DNA of 64,000 nt from Alphaproteobacteria bacterium. Its GTDB lineage: Bacteria; Pseudomonadota; Alphaproteobacteria; UBA828. Below are positions 11,194 to 21,748 of the stretch, in pieces. The stretch spans positions 32,001 to 96,000 of the forward strand of contig CAXXVO010000021.1 in NCBI GenBank assembly GCA_963422645.2, given 5' to 3'. Position numbers and translations under genes: made by a program. The notes beneath the pieces were generated by a model. It searched no databases. It was not told where the DNA came from and was given only the letters and a program-made list of their open reading frames with translations. Within the stretch, counting starts at the first letter, position 1. The number at the start of each line of letters is the position of its first letter.

Positions 11194-12584
11194 TCGGGTC
11201 GAAGACCGTCGGAGACAGGATCCGGGCCGATCTCTGCGTGATCGGTGCCGGTTCGGCGGGGCTCTCGCTCGCCGCAGGCGCGGTCCAGATGGGCGCCTCG
11301 GTGATCCTGATCGAGCAGTCCCGGATGGGCGGAGAATGCCTGAACACGGGCTGCGTGCCCTCCAAGGCGCTGCTGGCCGCCGCGGCGCGGGGCGACGACT
11401 TCGCCGCCGCTTACGAGCACATGCGGGGCGCCATCGCGGCCATCGAGCCGCACGATTCGGTCGAGCGCTTTAGCGGCCTCGGCGTCCACGTGGAGCTCGG
11501 CAAGGCCAAGTTCGTCGCGCCCCGATTCCTGGAGGTGGGCAGCACCAGCGTCACGGCGCGGCGCTTCATCATCGCCACCGGGTCCGCGCCTCTCGTCCCG
11601 CCGATCCCGGGCCTCGACACGGTGCCCTATCTCACCAACGAGACCCTCTTCGATTCGGCGCCGGAGCCGAGCCATCTGCTGGTGCTGGGCGGCGGTCCCA
11701 TCGGGGCCGAGATGGCGCAGGCCTTCCGCCGGCTCGGGGCCGAGGTCACGCTCTTCGAATCGAAGCGGCTGCTCGGGCGCGACGATCCCGAGCTTGCGGC
11801 CATCGTGCGCGCGCAGCTGATCGAAGAGGGCGTGACGGTCCATGAGGAGAACCGGGTCACGGCGGTCGAGGCCGGTGCCGACGGCGGCGTCACCATCACC
11901 TGCGGCGAGGGCGACGCGAGCCGGCGGATCAGCGGCTCGCACCTTCTGGTGGCGGCGGGGCGTCGGCCGAAGATCGACGGTCTCGGCCTGGAGAACGCGA
12001 AGGTCGCGATCAACGACGGCGAGCCGCTGGTGGATGCGCGCCTGCGCACGACCAACAAGCGCATCTTCGCGGCGGGCGACGTGGTGGGGCCCTACCGCTT
12101 CACCCACACGGCGAGCTATCAGTCGCGCATCATCATCACCAACGCGCTCTTCCGCCTCCCGGCGAAGGCTCGCTACAACGCGGTGCCCTGGGTCACCTAT
12201 ACCGACCCCGAGCTCGCCCACGTCGGCATGAGCGAGGCGGAGGCGCGCGCCAAGGGCCACGAGCTGCGCATCCTGCGCTTCCCCTTCGAGGAGAACGACC
12301 GCGCCATCGCCGAAGGCGCCACGGCCGGGTTGGTCAAGGTGGTCGCGACGAAGCGGGGCCGGGTGCTGGGCGCCTCCATCGTCGGCAAGCACGCGGGCGA
12401 GCTGATCCTGCCCTGGGTGCTCGCGGTGCAGTACCGGATCGGCGTCAGCAAGCTGGCGCAGGCGATCGTGCCCTATCCGACCATGAGCGAGGCGAGCGCG
12501 AGAGCCGCCGGCAGCTTCCACGCGCCGATGCTCTTCGGCCCGCGCACACGCCGCCTAGTCAGGCTACTCGCCCGATTAGGCTAG
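11175..12584 (+). CDS. Pyridine nucleotide-disulfide oxidoreductase (dihydrolipoamide dehydrogenase/mercuric reductase-like)
   Basis: GAGSAG, GGECLNTGCVPSK redox motif, GGGPIG; no MerA C-terminal Cys pair; start uncertain. Confidence 0.85.
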   Translation: MGTKSVVGSKTVGDRIRADLCVIGAGSAGLSLAAGAVQMGASVILIEQSRMGGECLNTGCVPSKALLAAAARGDDFAAAYEHMRGAIAAIEPHDSVERFSGLGVHVELGKAKFVAPRFLEVGSTSVTARRFIIATGSAPLVPPIPGLDTVPYLTNETLFDSAPEPSHLLVLGGGPIGAEMAQAFRRLGAEVTLFESKRLLGRDDPELAAIVRAQLIEEGVTVHEENRVTAVEAGADGGVTITCGEGDASRRISGSHLLVAAGRRPKIDGLGLENAKVAINDGEPLVDARLRTTNKRIFAAGDVVGPYRFTHTASYQSRIIITNALFRLPAKARYNAVPWVTYTDPELAHVGMSEAEARAKGHELRILRFPFEENDRAIAEGATAGLVKVVATKRGRVLGASIVGKHAGELILPWVLAVQYRIGVSKLAQAIVPYPTMSEASARAAGSFHAPMLFGPRTRRLVRLLARLG

Positions 12585-12649
12585 GCGGGCGCCACTTGCG
12601 GCCTCTATAGTCGGGGCGGCGAAGCAACAGGCGATCGCTCCGGGACGCT

Positions 12650-14093
12650 TTGGCTGGGTTTTCCCTTTCGGTGGTGTCGCGAGCGGCCCGCGGCCTCTCG
12701 GCGCGGCTGCTGGTGCTCACGATATTCTTCGTCCTCCTGGGCGAGGTCTTCATCTACGTCCCCTCGATTGCGCGCCACCGCCTGGTCTTCCTCGAAGAGC
12801 GGATCGAAGCCGCGCGGATCGCGGCGCTGGCGGTGGAGGCGTCGCCCGACGGGATGGTGACCGAGGAGCTTCGCGCTTCCCTGCTGGAGCGCGCGGGAGT
12901 CTCAGCGGTCTCCATCAAGCGGCCGGGCTCGCGGCGGCTAGTGCTCGCCGCCAACATGCCCCTCACGGTCGACGCGAGCTTCGACCTGCGCGAGGCGACG
13001 CCGATGGGCCTGATCGGGCACGCGGCCGATGCGCTGCAGAAGGGCGGCGAGCGCACGATCCGCGTCATGGGCACCGCCCCCGGCGATCCGGCCGACACGG
13101 TGGTCGATGTCGTGCTGCCGGAAGCCCCCTTGTTCGCCTCGATGCTCGACTATTCGGGGCGAATTCTGTGGCTCTCGATCATTCTCGCATTCGTCGTCGC
13201 CGGCCTGGTCTATCTCTCGCTGCACTGGCTCATGGTGCTGCCGCTCGGCCGCATGACCGACAGCCTGGTCTCGTTCCGCCGCGCGCCGGAGGATACCGCT
13301 GCGACCGTCAAGGTGAGCGGCAGGCGTGACGAAATCGGCCTCGCCCAGCGGGAACTGCAAGTCATGCAGCGGCGCGTGCGGGCGGCGCTCCGCCAGCGGG
13401 CGCGGCTCGCCGCGCTCGGCGCCGGCGTGGCCAAGATCAACCACGACCTCCGCAACATGCTGGCCACCGCCGCCGTGCTGACCGACCGCCTGGCAATGGC
13501 ACGCGACCCGGAGGTGCAAAAGCTCTCGCTGCCGCTGGTCGCCGCCATCGACCGGGCCATCGCGCTCTGCACGCAAACGCTGAGCTTTGCGACGGGCCGC
13601 CTGCCGGCGCCGCGCCGCGCGGCGTTCGCGTTGGCGCCGCTGGTCGATGAGGTGCGGGCGGCGCTCCCCGTCGACGAGGATTCGGTCGACTGGCGCAACG
13701 AGGTGCCGCCGGAGCTGAGCGTGAGCGCCGACCGTGACCAACTCTATCGGGTCCATCAGCAACCTGACCCAGAACGCGGTGCAGGCGCTGGCCTGCCGCG
13801 ACGGGGGCGGGACGGTGCGGATCGGCGCCTGGCGTGACGCGGGCGAAACCCTTGTCGAGATCGCGGATAGCGGGCCCGGCATTCCCGCTCCGGTGCGCGA
13901 CCACCTGTTCGAGGCCTTTGCGGGCGACGGCAAGAGCGACGGCACCGGCCTCGGCCTCGCCATTGCCCGTGACCTCGTGCGCAACCACGGCGGTGACATC
14001 AGTCTTGAGCGGTCCGACTCGGCTGGCACTGTCTTCAGGCTGCGCTTGCCTGATCCTTCCGAGCAGGGAGACGCCGGCAGGCAGGAGGCGTAA
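12650..14093 (+). pseudogene. HAMP-domain sensor histidine kinase, frameshifted near 13753
   Basis: INHDLRN H-box in one frame; ISNLTQNA, DSGPG, GTGLGL in another; junction CGG GTC C ATC AGC has one extra C. Confidence 0.8.
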
Positions 14094-14112
14094 TCGGGGC
14101 GGGGGCCTCGGC

Positions 14113-15855
14113 TCAGTGGCCGAGGGCGATGCCTTCGCGGCGCGGGTCGGCGCCGCCCTCGAGCACGCCGTCGCCCCGGCGAATGGCGTGCAGGCCGCTC
14201 ACCAGGGGCCGGATGCGCACGTCGTGGCCGAGCGCCTCAAGCGCGGGTGCGAGTCGTTCGAGATCGGTGCCCGCCTCCAGCTCGGTCGCGCCGTTCCGGT
14301 TGACGTGGCGGGGCAGGCTGAGCGCGGCCTGGGCATCGAGGCCCCAGTCGAGCAGGGCGACCACCGACTGGGCGACGAAGCCGATGATGCGCGACCCACC
14401 GGGCGAGCCGAGCGTGGCGATGAGCCGGCCCGCCTCGTCGAAGATCAGCGTCGGCGCCATGGACGAGCGCGGGCGCTTGCCCGGCTGCACGCGGTTCGCG
14501 ACCGGCCCGTGTTCGCCGGTGGGCGCGAACGAGAAGTCGGTGAGCTGGTTGTTGAGCAGAAACCCGGCCGCCATCAGGCGCGAGCCGAAGGCGCGCTCCA
14601 CGCTGGTGGTGAAGGAGAGGGCGTTGCCGCGCGAATCGACGACCGAGAGATGGCTGGTGGAGGCGAACTCCGGGGCCGCGGCATCGGCCCGCGCGAACCC
14701 TTCGGAGCCGGGCGGCGCGCCTGCTGCGGCCTCGCCCATCGCGCGATCGGGGTCGATCAGGAGGGAGCGCCGGCGCAGGTAGCCGGGATCGAGCAGGCCC
14801 GCCACCGGGACCGGCACGAAGTCCGAATCTGCCAGGTAGCGATTGCGGTCGGCGAAGGCGAGGCGGCTCGCCTCGCTGATCAGGTGGACGGACTTCACCG
14901 AGCCGGGCGCAAGTGCGGCAAGGTCGAAGCGCACCAGCAGCCTGAGGATTTGCAGCAATGTGACGCCGCCGGAGCTCGGCGGCCCCATGCTGCAGACCCG
15001 GTGGCGCCGGTAGTTGCCGCACACCGGCGGCCTCTCCTTGGCGCGGTAGCCGGCGAGGTCGGTGAGCGCGAGCGAGCCCGGATTCACAAGATCGTCCTGC
15101 ACGGCGGTGACGATCTGCGCCGCGATCGGCCCTTCGTGCAGCGCGTCTGCCCCTTCCTGCGCGATGGCGCGCATGGTCTTGGCATAGGCCGGGTTGACCA
15201 GCGTCTCGCCTGCGCGCCTCGGCTTCCCGTCTGGGTGGAAGAAGTAGGCGCGCGCGTTTCGAAAGCGCGCGAGATCGGGGTTATTTTCGATCATGTGTGC
15301 AAGCCGGGGCGAGATGGCGAAGCCGCGCTCGGCGAGGGCCTCGGCAGGCTCGAAGAGCTGCGCCCAGGGCGTTCGCCCATGGGCGCGGTGCGCTATCGCG
15401 AGCATCCGGACGACGCCCGGCACGCCGACCGACAGGCCTCCGACGGCGGCCTCCGGCCACGGGCGCGGCGTGCCGTCCGCAGCCAGGAACAGGGTATCGT
15501 CGACGGTGGCCGGCGCGGTCTCGCGCCCGTCGTAGCTTTCCACGGTCTCTCGCGCCGCGTCGTAATGGAGCAGGAATCCGCCGCCGCCAATGCCCGATGA
15601 TTGCGGCTCGACCAGGCCGAGCACCATTTGCGCCGCGATGGCCGCATCGATGGCAGCGCCGCCTGCGGCCAGGATGCGGGCGCCGGCCTCCGCCGCAGCC
15701 GGGTGCGCCGCCGCGATCATCGCGTTGCTTGCGCGGACCGGGGCGTCGGCTGCGTTGGCGCCGGAGGGCAGCGCCAAAACCGCCATCGCGAGAAGAAGCA
15801 GCGCGGAGGCTCTGGCCCATATCGCGCGCGGTCGACTGACCCGTTCTGCGCGCAT
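14113..15855 (-). CDS. ggt: Gamma-glutamyltransferase
   Basis: EPQSSGIGGGGF, DGRETAP, TSHLSVVD, LNNQLTDF, RPRSSMAP, GSPGG. Confidence 0.95.
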   Translation of the reverse strand: MRAERVSRPRAIWARASALLLLAMAVLALPSGANAADAPVRASNAMIAAAHPAAAEAGARILAAGGAAIDAAIAAQMVLGLVEPQSSGIGGGGFLLHYDAARETVESYDGRETAPATVDDTLFLAADGTPRPWPEAAVGGLSVGVPGVVRMLAIAHRAHGRTPWAQLFEPAEALAERGFAISPRLAHMIENNPDLARFRNARAYFFHPDGKPRRAGETLVNPAYAKTMRAIAQEGADALHEGPIAAQIVTAVQDDLVNPGSLALTDLAGYRAKERPPVCGNYRRHRVCSMGPPSSGGVTLLQILRLLVRFDLAALAPGSVKSVHLISEASRLAFADRNRYLADSDFVPVPVAGLLDPGYLRRRSLLIDPDRAMGEAAAGAPPGSEGFARADAAAPEFASTSHLSVVDSRGNALSFTTSVERAFGSRLMAAGFLLNNQLTDFSFAPTGEHGPVANRVQPGKRPRSSMAPTLIFDEAGRLIATLGSPGGSRIIGFVAQSVVALLDWGLDAQAALSLPRHVNRNGATELEAGTDLERLAPALEALGHDVRIRPLVSGLHAIRRGDGVLEGGADPRREGIALGH

Positions 15856-15908
15856 GGTTTCTGGCCGCTTGACGCGGCCCCGGCGCTTCACTAAGTGAAG
15901 CTGGCGGC

Positions 15909-15986
<78 letters not shown>

Positions 15987-15993
15987 CGCGCCT

Positions 15994-16094
15994 TCATGAA
16001 AGCGTACTCTGCCCCAGCCGGAGCGGTCCAAGGACCGCCACCTGAGCGGCGCGATCGAGCCACCACCTCCGAGTGTGCAATCGTCGAGAGCCAT
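15994..16094 (-). pseudogene. Possible decayed 5' remnant of an AAA ATPase gene
   Basis: Translation ...VAVLGPLRLGQSTL resembles the VALLGPRQVGKTTL Walker A region. Confidence 0.3.
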
Positions 16095-16225
16095 TAGTGA
16101 GCAATATTGTGGTAACTGCCCAGGTCGTCTGATTTGTCATTTTGGGCCAGTGGATTGAGGCGTTTCTCGTTCGGAGTTGGTGGAAAGGGCTTGACGGGAA
16201 TTTCGGGAAATGACTCAACAACGAC

Positions 16226-17731
16226 ATGAGCAATCCCGAGTCGCCGCGCGGCCCTTCGACGGGAGCAGCGCCCGAAACGCCCGCGCAGAAGATCGCCCGC
16301 CTGGAGGAGGAGAACGCCCGGCTTCGGGAGGAAAATGCCTGGCTTCGGCAGCAGAACGCGCGGCTGGAAGAGCAAGTCGCGCGTCTCGTCGAGCGCATCG
16401 AGGAGTTGGAGCGCCGTCTCGGCCTCAACAGCGGCAACAGCGGCAAGCCGCCTTCGAGCGATGGGCTGAGGAAGCCGAATTCGAAGCGGCGAACCCGAAG
16501 CCTGCGCGGCAAATCGGGCCGCAAGCCCGGTGGCCAGCCCGGCCACAAGGGCAAGACGCTGCGCCGCGCCGATCACCCGGATCGGGTGAAGGATCACGTC
16601 CCGGCTTCCTGCAAGGGATGCGGTTCGCCGCTTTCGGACGCGGCCAGGGCGGGAACGCCCGTCGCCCGCCAGGTGTTCGATCTGCCCGAGCCGAGCCCCC
16701 TGGAGGTGACCGAGCACCGGGCGCATGCCAAGTGCTGCGGGCATTGCGGGACGGTGACCCGGGCGGCGTTCCCCGACGGGGTGTCGGCGCCGGTGCAGTA
16801 CGGCCCGCGCATTGCCGGGGTGGCGGTCTACCTTCAGCACGCTCACTTCCTGCCGGAGGATCGGCTGTCGCAGGTGATGGCCGAGCTCTTCGGCGCGCCG
16901 GTGACGGCTGCGACGTTGGCGACGATGAGCGAGAGGGCGGCCGAGCGGCTGCGGGACGCGGCCTTGCACATACAGGACCTGGCGGCGGGCACGGCGCGGG
17001 TGAAACACATGGACGAGACCGGCTTGCGGATCGGCGGTCAGACGCAGTGGCTTCATGTGATCTGCACGCCGCTGCTGGCGGCGTACCGGGTCAGCGGCAA
17101 GCGCGGCGCCCTGCTCTCGGGTGTCTCCGGCATCGTCGTGCACGATCACTGGAAGCCGTACTTCGCGATGGAAGGGGTGGAGCACGGCCTGTGCAACGCC
17201 CATCACCTGCGGGAGTTGCAGGCGCTGGTGGACATCGAAGGGGAGGCTTGGGCCCGGCGGATGCAGCAGCTCCTGCGCCGAGCCAATCGCGCCGCCCGCA
17301 TCGCGCTGGACAAGGATATCGCCGTTCCGGCGAGGCTTGTGGCGCTGATCGAGCGCCGATACGACGAGATCATCGCCGATGCGCTGGCCTTTCACGAGAG
17401 CCAACCACCGTTCTCGCCTGGCAAGAGGAAGAAGCGCCGGAAGCGAAGGATCGGTCACAATCCGGCCTTGAGGCTGCGCGACCACAAATGCGCGGTGCTC
17501 CGGTTCCTGATCGACCTCGAGGTCGGGTTCACGAACAACGAGGCCGAGCGCGACCTTCGGATGATGAAGCTGCGCCAGAAGATCTCCGGGGGCTTCCGGT
17601 CCGCGCAGGGGGCCGAGAACTTCGCCATCCTGCGCAGCGTCATCACCACCGCCAGAAAGCAGGGCTGGAATATCATCGAAGCCCTGACCAGCCCATCGGA
17701 TCGGCTCATCGCCACCGTCAAGTGCGCGTAA
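16226..17731 (+). CDS. IS66-family transposase (intact)
   Basis: Leucine zipper, NSGKPPSSD, GGQPGHKG, Zn ribbon, HMDETG, CNAHHLREL, TNNEAERDLR. Confidence 0.93.
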   Translation: MSNPESPRGPSTGAAPETPAQKIARLEEENARLREENAWLRQQNARLEEQVARLVERIEELERRLGLNSGNSGKPPSSDGLRKPNSKRRTRSLRGKSGRKPGGQPGHKGKTLRRADHPDRVKDHVPASCKGCGSPLSDAARAGTPVARQVFDLPEPSPLEVTEHRAHAKCCGHCGTVTRAAFPDGVSAPVQYGPRIAGVAVYLQHAHFLPEDRLSQVMAELFGAPVTAATLATMSERAAERLRDAALHIQDLAAGTARVKHMDETGLRIGGQTQWLHVICTPLLAAYRVSGKRGALLSGVSGIVVHDHWKPYFAMEGVEHGLCNAHHLRELQALVDIEGEAWARRMQQLLRRANRAARIALDKDIAVPARLVALIERRYDEIIADALAFHESQPPFSPGKRKKRRKRRIGHNPALRLRDHKCAVLRFLIDLEVGFTNNEAERDLRMMKLRQKISGGFRSAQGAENFAILRSVITTARKQGWNIIEALTSPSDRLIATVKCA

Positions 17732-18394
17732 GCTCACCTGGCACGGGTTCTCCAACAGCGGAGCCATTCTCATAAACGATCATGGTCGACGCCGTGCTGG
17801 ACCACCCCATAGAATGAAAATCGGTGCCCGTCGCGCGGGCGGACTTCGGGCCACATCGGGGTAGCTTACCGGTCGCAGTCCGCAAGAGGGGCATCGTGAG
17901 CTGTGAAACCCGGCGACCCCAGAGGAGCACACGGGCGTCGCGTGGGTAGCGTTGTGCCGAATCCCAGAGAATTTTCGTAACTGCCCAGGTACCCCCTCTC
18001 TCTTATGGAACAAGCCAGTTCCTTTTGCGTCAACGCCCCCACGCCGCGGGGGTGCCTACTCTCTTGAGCGCGAGAGGATGATGAACGCCGCGTCGCGAAC
18101 AAGATGAGAGGACAGCGATACTCAGGATGAGCCGGAGAAGTTCAGGAGCGCAGTATAGGGATCAGCTGCATCGGTTCCGGGTGCGCCAGGATTTGCAGGA
18201 TGTTCCAGCCTTGCTTTCGAGCGGTGACGATGACGCTGCGCATTCCGGCGAAGTTGCAGGCGCCTTGCAGGGAGCGGAAGCCGCCTGAGATCTTCTCATG
18301 CACTTTGTTCATACGGATGTCACGCTCCGCCTCGTTATTCGTGAACGGCGTGCGCAGGTCGGTGAGGAAGCGCAGGCAGCCCTCCTTATGCTTT

Positions 18395-19423
18395 GGCTCA
18401 ATTCGTGAATCGTATGCATTGTGATAGAATCTTTCCCGGTTCGCCTTGGAGGTCAGGCAGATGGATCACGAGCGGTTTCGGGACTGGTTCTCGCGTGTCG
18501 ATGAGTTGACGGCGGCGCAGCGCAAGGAGGTCGGGGCGGTGCTGTCGGAGCCTCCGGAGGGCGCGGCCTCGCTGGCGGCGATCGAGCTGGGCGTGGATGA
18601 CGAGCGGCGCTGTCCGCATTGCGGCGCAGGCGGGGCGGTGTCGCGGGGCAAGGCGCGAGGTCTTCGCCGCTTCCGGTGCAAGGACTGCGGGAAGACCTTC
18701 GGTGCACTCACGGGCACGGCGCTGTCAGGGCTGCACCACAAGGAGCGCTGGCTGGCCTTCGGCGCCTCGCTTGCCGAGGGCGAGACGATCAAGGAGTCCG
18801 CCGAGCGCTGCGGGATTGCGCCGAGCACGGCGCATCGCTGGCGCCACCGCTTCCTGGCGGCGGTTCGGCAAGCGCCGGACCGGCTTGCCGGGATTGTCGA
18901 GGCCGACGAGACCTTCGTTCTCGAGAGCCGCAAGGGGGAGCGGAAGCTGGATCGCAAGCCGCGCCGTCGCGGCGGCAAGGCCCGCAAACGCGGCCTCTCG
19001 CGCGAGCAGGTGCCGATCCTGGTCGCCGCCGACCGTGCGGGCGAGACCCTCAGCCATAGCCTGCCCGCCCTCAACGCAAAGAGCGTGAAGGAGGTGCTGG
19101 AGCCGGTCGTCGCAGCGGATGCGCTGCTCGTCTCCGACGCCAAGCGCTGCTATCCGCCCGTCGCGGCGGCGCTCGACATCCCTCACGAGAGCATCAACGC
19201 TTCTGCTGACGAGCGGGTCCGGGGCGCGCTGCACATCCAGACGGTCAATAGCCGCCACAGCCAGATTAAGGGCTTTCTGCGCAGGCGGCGCGGCATCGCC
19301 ACCAAGTACCTGGACAGCTATCTGAGGTGGTTCCATCTCATCGAACTCGGCGGTCAGCCATCGCCCAGAGCGTGCCTCGAGGCGGCGATGGCCAGACCGC
19401 GCCTACGCTTTGCGAATTGAGCC
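18395..19423 (+). mobile_element. IS1595-family insertion sequence (1029 bp)
   Basis: Imperfect 23-bp TIR starting GGCTCAATTCG / CGAATTGAGCC; 8-bp TSD TATGCTTT at 18387-18394 and 19424-19431. Confidence 0.92.
18461..19420 (+). CDS. IS1595-family transposase
   Basis: CPHC/CKDC Zn ribbon, HTH, VEADETF, LVSD, HIQTVNSRHS, GIATKYLDSYLRW. Confidence 0.92.
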   Translation: MDHERFRDWFSRVDELTAAQRKEVGAVLSEPPEGAASLAAIELGVDDERRCPHCGAGGAVSRGKARGLRRFRCKDCGKTFGALTGTALSGLHHKERWLAFGASLAEGETIKESAERCGIAPSTAHRWRHRFLAAVRQAPDRLAGIVEADETFVLESRKGERKLDRKPRRRGGKARKRGLSREQVPILVAADRAGETLSHSLPALNAKSVKEVLEPVVAADALLVSDAKRCYPPVAAALDIPHESINASADERVRGALHIQTVNSRHSQIKGFLRRRRGIATKYLDSYLRWFHLIELGGQPSPRACLEAAMARPRLRFAN

Positions 19424-20713
19424 TATGCTTTTGAAGGCGGCGCGCGAGGTTGTGGCCGATGCGGCGTTTCTTTCGCCCTCGCTTTGCGATCTGGAGCGGC
19501 GGTTGGGCCTCATGGAAGGCGATGGCTTCTTCGAGGATACGGTCCCATGCCCTTGAGATGCGGGCCACCAGGGAGGCGGGGACTTGACGGTCTTTCTCAC
19601 GGGCGAAGCGGGCGGCCCTGCGCGCGCGCTGAAGCAGGCGGTGCATGCTCGCCGCCCATTCCTCCTTCTCGATGTCGATCAGGGCCTGGAGTTCGCGCAG
19701 GTGATGTGCGTTGCAGGCGCCGTGGCGGACGCCCTTGATGGTGAAGTAGGGGGCGAAGTCGTCGTGGACGAGGATGCCTTTCAGGTTCTTTTCGACATCG
19801 CCGCGTCCCTCGCCGATGCGCAGGACGGTGAGCAACGGGGTGCACAGCACATGGAGCCAGCGGGTACGGGCGGCGATACGCAGGCCGGTCTCGTCGAGGT
19901 GCTTGACCGGCGCCTGCGTGCGGATCAGATCGGCGACATGGTCGAGGAAGCCCTCGAAGCGCTGCGCTGTGCGCCGGCCCATGGCGGCGATCGTGGCAGT
20001 GGAGATGGACACCGCGAAGATGTCGCTCATGAGTTCGGCCAGACGCTTCTCGGGCACGAACTGGGCGTACAGCAGGTAACTCACCCAAGCGGTGATGCGA
20101 GGGCCGTACTGGACCGGGGCGGTGACGCCCGGCGGGAAGGCGGCTCGTGTCAGCGTGCCGCATGCGCCGCAGAGGCAGCGATGGGCGCGGTGTTCGGTGA
20201 CCTCGAGAGGCTGCGGCTCGGGTACGTCGAAGACCTGCCGACAGGCGGGCGCGCCTTGCCGGTCGGCGTCCGAGAGCTCGACGCCACAGCCGGAACAGGT
20301 GGAGGGGTGGTGATCGACGACACGGTCCGGGCTGTCGCTCCGCGCGAGGGTGGTTCCCTTGTGGCCGGGCTGGCCGCCACTGGGCCCGCCGGACTTTCCG
20401 CGCTGGCTTTGGGTGCGCCTCTGGGCTCCGCTTTTCTTCTTGAGCCCGTCGCTGGCGGGGGGCTTGCTGCTTGTGGTGCTGTTGAGGGCCGCGCTGCGCT
20501 CGAGTTCGGCGATGCGCTCGCGCAGGGCCGCGTTCTCCTGCTCGAGTGCGGCATTTTCCCGGGCGAGCGCGGTGGCTGATCGCAGCAGCCCCTGCCCCCA
20601 TTCCCGGACGGCAACGACGACAGTGGTTGCGAGGGATGATGGCTCGAGAAGCTCCTTCAGGCAGCAGAAGGCCTCGTTACGGGCGGCGAGGTCTTCGTGC
20701 CAGTGCGACACCG

Positions 20714-21379
20714 TCACGTGTCTTCGGCCTCGACGGCCATCATGGCGGCGAGCACGGCGAGGCGTTCGCCCGGCGGCAAGGCCTGGTAGCGCCGGCCCCA
20801 GTTGGCTGCCTTGCGCTTGATGCGCTGGCGGTCGGTGAAGTTCCGGCCTGCGTGGCTGGCCCAATGCATCCGGTCGGGGGCGTAGTTGAACCAGACGACC
20901 TCGGTTCGCACCAGACCCTGGGTCGTGACCTGCAGCGCCAGCCGGCGCCATCCCGCCAGCACCTCGTCATAGAGCGCCGACGGATGGCCCGAGATCATGA
21001 CCTGGCAGGGCAGAGCCTTGAGCAGCGCGAGAAGCGCGACGTGGCCGGCCTCCTCGTACTCGAAGCGGTAGCGCTGCGCCGAGCGGCGGGTCGCGTGCAG
21101 ATAGGGCGGATCGCTGTAAACCAGCTCCGGGCCCAGGAACGGGAACGAGGCCAGGAAGTCATGGGCACAGCCGTGAACCAGATCGACCGGGTAGTCGCAG
21201 ACGAAGGCCTCGAGCGCCTGCGCATCGCGGTCGATGCCGATCGAACGCACGGCCGGCGGCTTGCGCTTCATCAGCGCCCCGCCCCCAAGGTGGCTTTCGA
21301 TGTAGACGGAGTGCGGCGGCATCAGCGCAATCAGCGCTTGGCACAGACCTGCTGTCGCCTTCGAGCCGAAATACCCCAT
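20714..21379 (-). CDS. DNA adenine methyltransferase (Dam/D12-like)
   Basis: YFGSKA, YIESHLGGG SAM-binding region, VYSDPPY catalytic motif. Confidence 0.85.
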   Translation of the reverse strand: MGYFGSKATAGLCQALIALMPPHSVYIESHLGGGALMKRKPPAVRSIGIDRDAQALEAFVCDYPVDLVHGCAHDFLASFPFLGPELVYSDPPYLHATRRSAQRYRFEYEEAGHVALLALLKALPCQVMISGHPSALYDEVLAGWRRLALQVTTQGLVRTEVVWFNYAPDRMHWASHAGRNFTDRQRIKRKAANWGRRYQALPPGERLAVLAAMMAVEAEDT

Positions 21380-21407
21380 GGACCGCTCCCGTCACGCGAG
21401 AGAGCAG

Positions 21408-21436
21408 TCCATAGTCCCGCAACTCTATGAGGTCAA
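21408..21436 (-). promoter_or_regulatory. Candidate sigma70 promoter of the MTase-transposase operon overlapped by a CATAG-N10-CTATG palindrome
   Basis: Minus strand TTGACC-17 bp-TATGGA; palindrome at 21410-21429. Confidence 0.35.
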
Positions 21437-21748
21437 GAACCAATCGCGGTGGCAGAACCAGGCCGCGGCCGCCGCCATAATCACCGTCCTCAACTCAGGA
21501 TTGGGGTACCTGGGTAGTTACGAATTTTCACAGCAAGAACCTGGGCAGTTACATATTGTGTTGCCGATGTGGCTTGCCAATCGACCGCTCGTATAGCAGC
21601 GTTGCCGTGACGGCCGTTGACGCAATCGAGCCTCATGTTCCGAGACTGGGCGCCAGGCGAGCCGCGACAGAGGAGGACCGCGTGGGAAGGGCACCGGCCG
21701 ACGCGACATCACAGCCCGCGCGATCCCATACCGAGCGAGGACCGAAGA

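Larger units (their letters stand above)
18142..20717 (-). pseudogene. IS66-family transposase interrupted by IS1595
   Basis: N-part ...HLDETG...IGHNLARRLQKH (20717-19424) continues after the IS as KEGCLRFL...TNNEAERDIR...ARKQGWNIL to a stop at 18142. Confidence 0.88.
17977..21521 (-). mobile_element. Inner IS66-family element carrying a DNA adenine methyltransferase passenger
   Basis: TIR GTAACTGCCCAGGTACCCC / GGGGTACCTGGGTAGTTAC; 8-bp TSD GAATTTTC at 17969-17976 and 21522-21529. Confidence 0.92.
16112..21552 (+). mobile_element. Outer IS66-family element (single-ORF type) containing nested insertions
   Basis: TIR GTAACTGCCCAGGT / ACCTGGGCAGTTAC; 8-bp TSD ATATTGTG at 16104-16111 and 21553-21560. 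Confidence 0.92.

Noticed and set aside
11175-12584. Mercuric reductase MerA
   Set aside because: No C-terminal Cys-Cys pair, no metal-binding domain and no mer operon context.
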